This document shows positions 1 to 11,722 of a stretch of DNA of 29,142 nt, piece by piece. Numbering within the stretch: position 1 is the first letter of the stretch; every line of letters starts with the position of its first letter. The translations under genes and the position numbers were made by a program. A model generated the notes under the pieces. That model saw nothing but the letters and a program-made list of their open reading frames with translations. It made no database searches and was not told the origin of the DNA. Origin of the DNA: an uncultured Candidatus Peribacteria bacterium (GTDB lineage Bacteria; Patescibacteriota; Gracilibacteria; BD1-5; UBA2023); contig CAYUQQ010000003.1 in the NCBI GenBank assembly GCA_964446905.1, positions 1 to 29,142 on the forward strand, in the 5' to 3' direction.

Positions 1-60
1 TAAAAAATCTAAATACTTTTTTAAATTACTAAATATATTATTTTGAATTTTTTTAATCAT
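1..60 (-). CDS. 5' fragment of a gene running off the window (MIKKIQNNIFSNLKKYLDFL...)
   Basis: ATG at 60-58 directly follows the TAA of the PriA-like gene in the same frame; open to the window edge; too short to assign. Confidence 0.45.
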   Translation of the reverse strand, partial: MIKKIQNNIFSNLKKYLDFL

Positions 61-927
61 TTAATAATTAATTAATTTATAATTTTTAAAACGAGTTTTA
101 TAAATAGATGTTATATCAGGTATTGTAGAAATAATAAATCAATTAAAATTTCCATATTTAATTAAATTATCAAAAATATCTATATTTTTATATTTATGAA
201 TATAACTAAAATTATATTTAATAAATATATCTTCTATATAAATAATATTATTGTATTTTTTAAGATTATATTGAAGAATTTTTCTAGTTCAAATAATAAT
301 ATTTTTTGTTTTATTAAAAATTTCTAAAAAAATTTTTGCTTTAGCATTATAAGTAAAAGAATTTTTATAAATAATAGCATTTTTTGTAAAATCTTTATTA
401 TTTTCTAAAAAATAAAAAACACTATAATCATCTGGAAAAACCAAAACACAGTCATCAATTTTTTTTAAAATATTTTCAATTATTTCTATAATGTTTTTAT
501 TTTTAATATTATAAATTAAAGATATTATATTATTATTTTTATTAATTTTTATAAAATCATCTTGATTGTTTATATTTTTAAAAGATTTTTTTAATAAAAA
601 ATTAAATATAAATTTTGGTAGAAAGATATTTAATATTTTATGAATTTGTACAAAATATTTACTTGATAAATAATAAATTAATTTAATTTGATATTCATCT
701 AAAACTGGATTATAACAAACAACATCAATAATAGATTTAATGTTATTCTCATTTTCATCAATATTTAAATCTAAAATTTTAGAAACAATTCAATATTTAA
801 TATTATTTTTTATAGGAATAGAAACTATGGATCATATATTAATATTATTTTTTAGTTTATCTTGTATAAAATATGTAAGTCACATATTATCTATAGATAC
901 ATCTAATGGTATTATTTCTATAAACAT
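61..927 (-). CDS. priA: Truncated PriA-like protein (288 aa): N-terminal 3'-DNA-binding region plus degenerate first helicase lobe
   Basis: Open in code 25. The N-terminus (MFIEIIPLD...GLTYFI...GSIVSIPIK...YGIVSK) matches the PriA N-terminal pattern; CVLVFPDDY and NIIIGTRKILQY match PriA VLVLVPE and VVIGTRSAL; no Walker A or DExH motif. Confidence 0.65.
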
Positions 928-950
928 AATTTTTTATTAAATAATTTAGA

Positions 951-1652
951 TTAAAGTCTAATTCAACATTTATTTACATATTGTTTAGCAATATTTTTAA
1001 ATTCAACTAATTCCTTATGAGTAAAGCTAGCTCAAATAAATTTTGGATTTAGATTAATTTCTGATTCATAATTTTGAATATAATAAGCTTTCGCTCATTT
1101 TATAAGTTTTCAGATATTTTCGATATCTTTTTTATTATGATAACCAGATACTACTGTAGTACGAAACTCATGATCAATTCAAGATTTTATAATTATTTTT
1201 ATACTTTCTTTATATGGTTTAGTATCAAAATTAATATTTATAATATTTCCATATTTTTTTATAGGATTTTTAATATCCATCGCAATATAATCAATAAGTT
1301 TTTCGTTTATCAATTTTTTTAAAATTTTTGGATCTCTACCATTTGAATCAAGTTTTACAAGAAATCACATTTCTTTAATTTTCTTTATAAATTCATAAAG
1401 ATCTTTTTGGAGAGTTGGCTCTCAACCTGAAATAACCACTCAATCTATAAATCAAACTCTTTTTTTGAGAAAATTAAAAAACGCATTTTCTAAAATTAAA
1501 TCATTTTTTAAAGTTTTAATTTTACTAGGCAAAACAAATTCTGGATTATGACAATAATGACAACGAAAATTGCATCATAAAGTAAAAATTATGGTTGCAA
1601 TTTTTCCAGGGTAATCCAGTAATGTTGATTTTTGTATTCAGGCGATTTGCAT
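951..1652 (-). CDS. nrdG: Anaerobic ribonucleotide reductase activating protein (radical SAM), 233 aa
   Basis: MQIAGIQKSTLLDYPGKIATIIFTLGCNFRCHYCHNP with a CxxxCxxC motif; VVISGGEPTLQ; lies downstream of nrdD. Confidence 0.95.
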
Positions 1653-1791
1653 TGGAGTTTAGCTAATGGCTAATAGCTTTTAGCTAGTAGCTCTGGAAGT
1701 AAAATTATTTTGGAATAAAAAATCACTCCTAGTTTTTTGTTTTTGTTTAATTATCTAAGAATGATTTTTTGCATTTTCGCACTTCTGCATT

Positions 1792-1959
1792 CTAATATCC
1801 GTATTGAGCTATAAAGTCAGAATTAAAAGATTTTTTTTCATTAAAATAAGTTCTTCCATAATATTCAGATTTTTTACCTTCATTAAATTGACTTACGGGC
1901 CTGTGGTATCCCATTACACGAGTATAAATCTCGCATTTTGTTCTATTTTTTTCTTGCAT
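1792..1959 (-). CDS. Stand-alone NrdD C-terminal glycyl-radical peptide, 55 aa
   Basis: MQEKNRTKCEIYTRVMGYHRPVSQFNEGKKSEYYGRTYFNEKKSFNSDFIAQYGY*. The RVMGY..RPV..FN.GK..E..R pattern is the class III RNR glycyl-radical tail; own ATG, in-frame TAA just upstream, different frame from nrdD. Confidence 0.85.
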   Translation of the reverse strand: MQEKNRTKCEIYTRVMGYHRPVSQFNEGKKSEYYGRTYFNEKKSFNSDFIAQYGY

Positions 1960-1985
1960 AAATTAAAAAAATTAAAAAATAAATA

Positions 1986-4154
1986 TTATTTGTTTATATA
2001 TTTTTTTCTAAAATTTGAATCTATATCAGATCCTATATATCAAATTTCAATATCACATTTTGGACAATAATCATGTTCTCCTGGAATATATCCATGAATA
2101 GGACAAATAGAAAAGGTAGGAGAAATTGTAATATATGGTATTTGATAATTTGATATAACTTTTTTAATTAAAGCCTTACATGATTTTGAATCAGATAATC
2201 TTTCTCACATAAATATATGAAATACAGTTCATCATGTATATTTACATTGTAAATCGTTTTGCATTTCAAGAGCTTCAAATACATCATCACTAAATCATAC
2301 TGGTAATTGTGTAGAATTGGTATAATAAGGAGCCTCTTCTGTACCAGCCTGTATAATGCCTGGAAGATTTTTTTTATCTTCTCTGGCAAATCTATATGTA
2401 GTTCATTCTGCAGGAGTAGCTTCTAAGTTATATAAATTTCAAGTTTCTTCTTGATATTTTTTAAGATTTTCTCTTATATAATCCAAAATTTCTGTTGCAA
2501 ACTTAATTCATTCTTTTGTTGAAACATTTTCTTTTCAGTCAGTAAAATTTAAAATTGCTTCATTCATTCAATTTATTCAAATAGTAGAAAAATGATTTCT
2601 AAATGATTTTAAATAACGACAAGTATAAGGATAAAATCATCTTTCTAACCATTTTGTAATTTCTTCTCTTTTCATTTCTAGTGATGTTTTTGCTAAATCC
2701 ATAAGATATTTAATTTGATTTTTAAATCAAAGAACATCTCATTTAAAATTATATCCTATACGAGCCAAATTAATAGTAACTACTCAAATAGATCCTGTCA
2801 TTTCTGCTGATCCAAAAAGACCATTTCATCTTTTTACTAATTCTTTTAAATCAAGCTGTAATCTACAACACATACTTCTTACAGCGCCTGGTGAATATGC
2901 ATTTTCATTTCTTATTTTAATTATTTTTCAAGATTCATCTTTAACTTTTTTAAATTGTGATCCTATAAAATTTTGAAAATATGGAAGTCAATATTTTGCT
3001 GTCATTTCAAATAATGCTTCAGAATTTGGATCATCCCAATTAAAATCTTCTGTAATATTGTAAGTAGGAATTGGAAAAGTAAAAACTCTTCATTTCCAAT
3101 CTCATGCTGTATAAACCTCTATTAATGCTTTATTAATAAGAAGCATCTGTTTTTGCAATTCTCAAAATTTCTTTTTGTAAAGTCATTTATCATATCAACC
3201 TAAAAATAATGCTTTTTCTTTAAGGTCTTCTGGACAAACCCAGTCTAGTGTAATATTTGTAAAAGGGGTCTGAGTTCACCATCTAGATGGTGTGTTTAAT
3301 CAAAATATTAAATTTTGTAAATTTTGTGTAACATATTTATAAGTTTTTTCATTTATATATTCTTGTTTTTTTGTTTCAGATTCAAATTTAATATTGTATT
3401 TTTCAATATCTTCTTTTAACGATTCTTCATATTTATGAACAAAAGGAGCAAGATAGGTATCAAAAGATGAAAAAGCCTGAGCTCATGCCCATTCATTTTG
3501 TAAAACTCAAAAAAAATTGATTATTTGATTTACTGCAGATTGTAGATTTTTTGGAGGAGATGATTCTATTTTTGATGGCACTCAATTAAATCATTCTTCT
3601 AAAAGAGCTCTAAGACTCCATCATGCACAATATCAAGTAAACATACCCAAATCATGAATATGATAATCTCAATTTCTGTGAGCATTTCAAATTTCTGAAG
3701 TATATATGTGTGATAACCAATAATTAGCTGTGATTTTTTCTGAATTTTTTAATATTAATCAACCAATAGAATATCAAATATTTGCATTTTCATTTATTCT
3801 CCAATCTATATTTTGTAAGTACTCTTCCATAGTTTTTCATACTTCTACAACTACATTTTTATCAGCTCTCGCCTCATTTCTTTTTTGACGATATAAAATG
3901 TAGTTTTTTGCTACAGTATCATGACTATATTTTATTAAAACTTCTTCTACTTTATCTTGTATAAGCTCGATATCTGGTATATTTTTACCAGCAACAATAT
4001 CAACTTTTTCAATTATTTCATCTGTTAAAATTGGTACTTCATGAAAATCAGATCATCAAGAAGCTTCAATTGCCTTTTTTATAGCAAGTTCAATTTTAGT
4101 TCTATCAAAAGTTACGATAGTTCAATTTCTTTTTTTAACTTTAAATATGGCCAT
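1986..4154 (-). CDS. nrdD: Class III (anaerobic) ribonucleoside-triphosphate reductase, 722 aa, lacking the glycyl-radical tail
   Basis: N-terminal ATP cone (MAIFKVKKRNGTIVTFDRTKIELAIKKA); VRSMCCRL active-site motif; C-terminal metal site CPIHG..CPKC, followed by a short tail and TAA. Confidence 0.96.
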
Positions 4155-4264
4155 TTTTTTCAAATTATAGAATATAATTAATTTTAATTTTATTTAATTT
4201 TAAAAATTTATACAAAATTAACAATAAGCTTTAGATTAGGTTTTTTTGATGGTCTTTTTTGTAA

Positions 4265-4313
4265 AATCTATATATTGTTATATTTTTTTATATATAACCA
4301 CTATATATTGTAT
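4265..4313. promoter_or_regulatory. Tandem NrdR boxes (4265-4280 and 4298-4313)
   Basis: aatCTATATATTGTta and ccaCTATATATTGTat both match the NrdR consensus core (acaCwAtATaTwGtgt); 33 bp apart and 110-160 bp upstream of the nrdD start. Confidence 0.75.
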
Positions 4314-4521
4314 TTTTTTTAAAAAAAGCAAATCTTTTTATCAAGTTTTTTTTAATTTTTTTTATGTTATATATAAAAGGTTTTTTTATAAAAAAAAATT
4401 ATTAAAAATAAAATTATTAATAATGGCAAGTATATTTTTTACTTTTTTAAATTTTATATTTTGACTAAATATATTTTTTTACTAAACTTTTTTATAAGTA
4501 TTATATATCACAAAATATATT

Positions 4522-5292
4522 ATGAAATGTATAAGTTGGAATGTTAATTGAATTCGTTCAATTATTCAAAAATGATTTATCGAATATCTTAATAAAGAAA
4601 ACCCAGATATTATTTGATTACAAGAAATAAAAGCAGAAGAAAAAGATGTTCCTATATGATTTGATTTAAATTCTCTTGGTTATTATTCTTTTTGGAATTC
4701 TTCAAAAATTAAAAAATGATATTCTGGTACTGCTATTTTTACAAAAATAAAACCCATAAAATTTATTTATGATACATGAATAGATTCTCATGATAAAGAA
4801 TGAAGAATAATTACTTTGGAATTTGATAAATTTTATTTTGTTAATGTATATACGCCAAATGCAAAAAGAGATTTAGAAAGACTGGATTATAGGCAATTGT
4901 GGGATAGTTTATTTTTTGATTTACTTAAAAGATTAGAGACAGATAAGCCAGTTATTGTTTGTTGAGATTTTAATGTGGCACACAAAGAAATAGATTTGTA
5001 TTATCCATGACAAAATAAATGAAATGCTTGATTTACAGACGAAGAAAGAGAGGGTTTTTCTAAATTTTTAAATAATTGATTTATAGATACATATAGACAT
5101 TTATATCCAAATAAAATAGGAGCTTACAGTTGGTGGAGTAATTTTTCAAATAGTAGATCAAAAAATATTTGATGGCGTATTGATTATTTTTTAATTTCAA
5201 ATATTTTATGAAAAAATTTAAAAAATTCTTTTATCCATTCTAATGTTTTTTGATCAGATCATTGTCCTGTTTGAATAGAAATCAATTTATAA
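4522..5292 (+). CDS. xth: Exodeoxyribonuclease III / AP endonuclease, 256 aa
   Basis: ISWNVNGIRS, GLQEIK, NVYTPN, CGDFNVAH, GWRIDYF, GSDHCPV motifs (Gly = TGA). Confidence 0.96.
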
Positions 5293-5309
5293 TTTTTTAA
5301 AAAATTTTT

Positions 5310-6062
5310 ATGTTAAAATTAGATAATGTAAATATTACAGTTAATAAAAAAGAGATTTTAAAAAAAATTAATCTTTCTTTTAAGCCATGAAAAATTTATT
5401 TTTTAATTTGAAAAAATTGAAGTGGTAAATCTAGTTTGGCTCTTAGCATAATGTGACATCCAGATTATAAAATAAATTCTTGAAAAATTATTTTAAATAA
5501 TAAAGATATTACAAATTTATCTCCAGATAAAAAAAATAAATTATGAATTTTTTTATCATTTCAAAATATTCCAGAAATACAATGAATTAAATTAATAGAA
5601 TATCTTAGATCTATTTATAATGAATTTTTAAAAACAGAAAAAAAATCAAAAACATGATTAAGTTTATTTTTATTTAAAAAATTTATTACACCTTTTTTAA
5701 ATGAGTTTAATATAAAAGAAAGTTTTTTAAAAAGAGATTTAAATGTATGATTTAGTTGAGGAGAAAAAAGAAAAATAGAATTACTTCAAATTGCTTTATT
5801 AAAATCAAAATATATTATTCTTGACGAAATAGATGCCTGAATGGATATAGATACATTTAATTTTATGATTAAATTTTTTCAAAAAATTAAAAATAATAAA
5901 ATAGCCTTGATTTTTATTACTCATAATTTTTTATTAGCAGATAAAATTTGAGTCGATGAAGTTTATGTTATAGAAGATTGAAAGTTAAAATCTAAATGAA
6001 ATAAAAAATTAATTGATAAAATTAAAAAAACTTGATTTTTATCTTATAAAAATCAAATATAA
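5310..6062 (+). CDS. sufC: Fe-S cluster assembly ABC ATPase SufC, 250 aa
   Basis: Walker A GKNGSGKS followed by LSIMGHP.Y; GIFLSFQ.IPEI.G; signature FSGGEKRK; Walker B ILDEIDAGMDID. Confidence 0.85.
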
Positions 6063-6241
6063 ATTAATTTAATAAATAAAATAGATTAACTCAGACTAAT
6101 GTGTGAGTATCTTTTAATTTTGTTTGGATATATAAATAAAAGAAAATAAGAATTATATTTTTTACTTGATATAGATTTTTTTTATATATAATATATTTAT
6201 CAATTAAATTGATAAATATTTTAATTTTTAATTTATTTTTT

Positions 6242-6697
6242 ATGAATTCTTTAAATAGAGCTCAATTATTATGAAACTTGACTGCAGATCCAGAAATAAG
6301 ACAAACTCCAAGTTGACAATTTGTAGCAAATTTTAATTTAGCAACAAATAGAACATGGAAAGATTCTTCATGAATGAAACAAGAACAAGCAGAATTTCAT
6401 AGTGTTGTTTTATGGTGAAAACTTGCAGAAATTGCGCAACAATATTTTAAAAAATGAAAAAAAATATATATAGATTGAAGACTTCAAACTCGTAGTTGGG
6501 AAGATCAAACTTGAGTTAAAAGATATAAAACAGAAATTATTTGAGAAAATATTATTATGTTATGATCTCCATGAGGCAAAGATGATAATGTAAGTTTTTC
6601 TGAATCAGCTGATGAAATTATAGATGATATGTCTATAGAAAATAAAAAATCTTCAAAAAAAGAAGAGTCTATTAATATAGAAGATATCCCATTTTAA
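6242..6697 (+). CDS. ssb: Single-stranded DNA-binding protein, 151 aa
   Basis: LNRAQLLGNLTADPEIRQT..G; IYIEGRLQTRSWEDQ.G; acidic C-terminus ending EDIPF. Confidence 0.97.
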
Positions 6698-6750
6698 AAA
6701 AACAATATAATTGTATTTGATACAAAATTTTGTTGATCAGTTTATAAATT

Positions 6751-6780
6751 ATAAAAGAAGGCCTTTAAGTCTTCTTTTAT
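6751..6780. terminator. Bidirectional intrinsic terminator between convergent ssb and mnmA
   Basis: ataaaagaagGC-ctttaa-GTcttcttttat hairpin with A/T tracts on both sides. Confidence 0.75.
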
Positions 6781-6822
6781 TTTTACAATTAAACCATATT
6801 TTAAAATATTTATTTTAATTTT

Positions 6823-7875
6823 TTAACAAATCATTCAACTTCCTATTACTTCATTTTTTTTATAAACAACAAGTATTTGTCAGGGGGTTATTGCTCTTTG
6901 TATTTGTTTAAATTTTACTTCAATTTTTCATTTTCAAATATCAAATAATTCTACATCTTGATCTACTTGTCTATAACGAATTTTTGCTGTTGCTTTAAAA
7001 GGAAATTTTAATTCTTTTCATATCCAGTGCCAATTAGTAGCAATTAAAGAAGATCAATATAAATTTAAATCGTCTTTTGTGCCTACGGTAATAGTATTAC
7101 TTTTTACATCCTTTTTTATTACAAAAAGAGCTGGTCATCATCATATTTTTATTCCTTTTCTTTGTCCTATTGTAAAAGTTTCAGCTCAATCATGTTTTCA
7201 TAAAATATTTCAATTTGTATCAATAATGTTCCCAGGTTTTGTTTTTATTTTTTTTTGTAAAAATTTATGCAAATCTACTTTTCATATAAAACAAATTCAT
7301 TGACTATCTTTTCTTTCTGCGTTGGGAAGTTTTATTTTTTTTGCTAATTTTCTTACTTCTATTTTTTTCATGTCTCAAATTGGAAATAAGGTCTTAGAAA
7401 GCTGATATTGATTTAATCAAGATAAAAAATAAGATTGATCTTTGGTGTTATCAACTCATTTTAAAAGATGATAAACTCAAGAGTTATCTTTTTTAATATT
7501 AGCATAATGACCTGTTGCAATATAATCAACTCAAAGATTGAGAGCGTTTTGCATAAAAATTTTAAATTTTATTTCGCTATTACAAAGCACATCAGGATTT
7601 GGAGTTATGCCTTTTTTATATCAATCATAAATATATTGAACTATTTTTTTATTATACTCTTCACGTTGATCAAAGATGATAAAAGTTTTTATTCATAAAT
7701 GTGATGCTACTTTTATTGCCTCATCTCTATCTTGTTTGGTTGTACAATCTCATTGTTCGCTTATATAATTTTTCATAAATCAAGCAATTACTTCATATCA
7801 TTCTTTTTGCAAAAGATAAGCAGACACGGCAGAATCTACTCATCCAGAAAGTCAAATTAAAACTTTTTTTGACAT
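6823..7875 (-). CDS. mnmA: tRNA-specific 2-thiouridylase MnmA, 350 aa
   Basis: PP-loop GLSGGVDSAV; TPNPDV.CN; KDQSYFL; ESQGICF; YTIGQRKG; RAITPGQ. Confidence 0.97.
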
Positions 7876-7913
7876 ATTTATGTTTTTTTTAATTAACATC
7901 TTTATATAATTTA

Positions 7914-7935
7914 ACTCACCGCTTAAGCGGTGAGT
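7914..7935. terminator. Perfect 22-bp palindrome, probable dnaK terminator
   Basis: actcaccgcttaagcggtgagt, GC-rich, about 30 nt past the dnaK stop. Confidence 0.65.
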
Positions 7936-7966
7936 ATTTGTTTTATAATTTTTTTAAAATTAAAAT

Positions 7967-9883
<1,917 letters not shown>

Positions 9884-9923
9884 ATTTAAATTTTGTTAAA
9901 ATATAAAATAAAATATTAATTTT

Positions 9924-10175
9924 TTAATGCTTAACTATTTTTCAGTCTATAAATAAATTTTCTTTTAATTCTTTGTCAAAATTAGAATCATTTCTTCTTA
10001 TCCATTCAATTAACATAGCAGCATGTTCTTTTTCTTCATTACTGTTATGTATAAGAATTTCTTTTAATTCTGGATCAGAGCAATTTTCTGCTCTATGATT
10101 ATATAAATCAATAGCTTCTAATTCTTCTCTTAAAGAATCAATAGCCTTTTTTATATTTTCTATATCTATAGTCAT
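9924..10175 (-). CDS. Encapsulated-ferritin (EncFtn)-like protein, 83 aa
   Basis: AIDSLREELEAIDLYNHR...DPELKEILIHN.NEEKEHAAMLIEWIRRND...LFIDGKIVKH*; matches the EncFtn EELEA and EEKEH ferroxidase motifs; extends past the track ORF through a TGA (Gly). Confidence 0.88.
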
Positions 10176-10212
10176 ATATTATGAATTAAAAAAATAAAAT
10201 ATTTCAAAAAGA

Positions 10213-10240
10213 ATTTTATTCAATTTTTTTTTCTTGTCAA
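10213..10240 (-). promoter_or_regulatory. Putative sigma-70 promoter for the ferritin-dnaK unit
   Basis: TTGACA (10240-10235), 16-nt spacer, TAAAAT (10218-10213). Confidence 0.55.
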
Positions 10241-10247
10241 ATAAAAA

Positions 10248-10274
10248 TTAGCACTTTTTTTATCTAAGTGCTAA
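10248..10274. promoter_or_regulatory. CIRCE element (HrcA operator)
   Basis: TTAGCACTT-N9-AAGTGCTAA versus consensus TTAGCACTC-N9-GAGTGCTAA, with a symmetric change at the innermost pair; upstream of the dnaK unit. Confidence 0.88.
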
Positions 10275-10400
10275 AATACGATTTTTTTACTTTAAAATAA
10301 ATAAAATTATCAAATAAAATTTAATAAATTTTGTAATAAAAAATATGAAACAAATATTTGATATTTATTTTTTCTTACGAAAAAGTTTTTTAAACATTTC

Positions 10401-11387
10401 TTAGTTTCCTTTTTTTAAAATTCAATAAATAGATATATATCACATAAATAATATTCAATCTAAAAATAAAAATGTTATAATACCATAAATTATGTTTAAT
10501 ATTTGATAATTTGGTAAAACGTCTTTAATTAAAGATGTTATTCAAATTACAAGCATTAGAGGAATTAGAAGAGTTATAATTTTAAATATTTTATTTTTTG
10601 TAATTGTAAAACTTTCATCAATATATATTTTGGTCTTATTTTTAATATTTTTAGTATAAATTAAAGCAATATATGAAAAAGATAATCTAATATATAAATA
10701 TATAAATAAAATAACTATAAATAGCAATACCGTTATGGTTGATATTCATAATAAAATATTTCAAGTATCTGTAATATTAACTGTAATAAATCATAAAGAT
10801 CATAATATTTTTATTATTAATAAAAATATTAATAAAAATAACACAGGTATAAACATATATAAAGAAACCCATCATAAAGTATAAATATATTTTAAGAAAT
10901 ATTGTTTTGAAAAATATAAATTTTCCTTGTATTTAAGTATTTTTCATTTTAAATATGATTTATAAACGTTTTGTAATAATAGATTTCCATATGTAAAAAT
11001 TATTAAAAATATACATAAAATTATTGAGAGTAATAAAAAAATTATTAATATTATACCTATATTTGTTGTAATAATATTTATTAATTCAGTATTTATTGTA
11101 CCATTTATTAAAAAATTTTGTAATAATTTTTGATCAAATTGGATAAAAAGATTATATGACAAATAAGCCAATAATCATAAAAAGGGCAAAGAAATAATAA
11201 TACTAAATAAAAAAGAATAAATTATAATAATAATTTTTGAAATATTCCAATGAATAAAATTTTTATAAAGCAATTTTATGTTTTCAAAAATTATACTTAC
11301 ATTATTTTTATAATTTTTAAAAAAATATAAACATATTATAAGTATTATTCAAATAAATAAATAAAAACCTAATATAATAAAAATTTT
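10401..11387 (-). CDS. Multi-pass membrane protein of unknown function (about 330 aa; start uncertain)
   Basis: One code-25 frame open from 11387 to TAA at 10401, joining two track ORFs; many hydrophobic segments; no in-frame ATG near the 5' end (first TTG about 11273; nearest ATG at 11430 is out of frame). Confidence 0.6.
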
Positions 11388-11722
11388 CTAAATTTAATCA
11401 ATTTTGTATTATATTTGATCCATTTTCCATATAATAAAAAATAAAAAAATAAATATATTTAAACTTAAATTGTAATTTAAGTAATTTGTTTTAAATTTTA
11501 TTTGTAAAATAAGATAGTAGTATATATATAATCAAAAAAAAGTAAAATAGAACTTATTTTAATATATACAAAAAAATTGATCAACTATCTCTCAATGGCT
11601 AGATATAATCTAATTTAAAAAGTTTTTGGAAAGAAGAAATCCAAAATTAATTCTTTATATATATTTGAATATTATTTGCATTTTTGGAATTTTTTAATAA
11701 TTAGAAAAATAAATTAATAAAA

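Noticed and set aside
1755-1790. Tiny minus-strand ORF MQKCENAKNHS just after the glycyl-radical peptide gene
   Set aside because: Only 11 codons, coincides with the octamer repeats, and is expected by chance.
2168-2389. Minus-strand 73-aa track ORF
   Set aside because: Off-frame inside nrdD; the nrdD frame is continuous once TGA is read as Gly.
4246-4464. Plus-strand 72-aa track ORF in the nrdD-xth spacer
   Set aside because: Low-complexity AT-rich translation lying over the NrdR boxes and promoter region; no coding signal.
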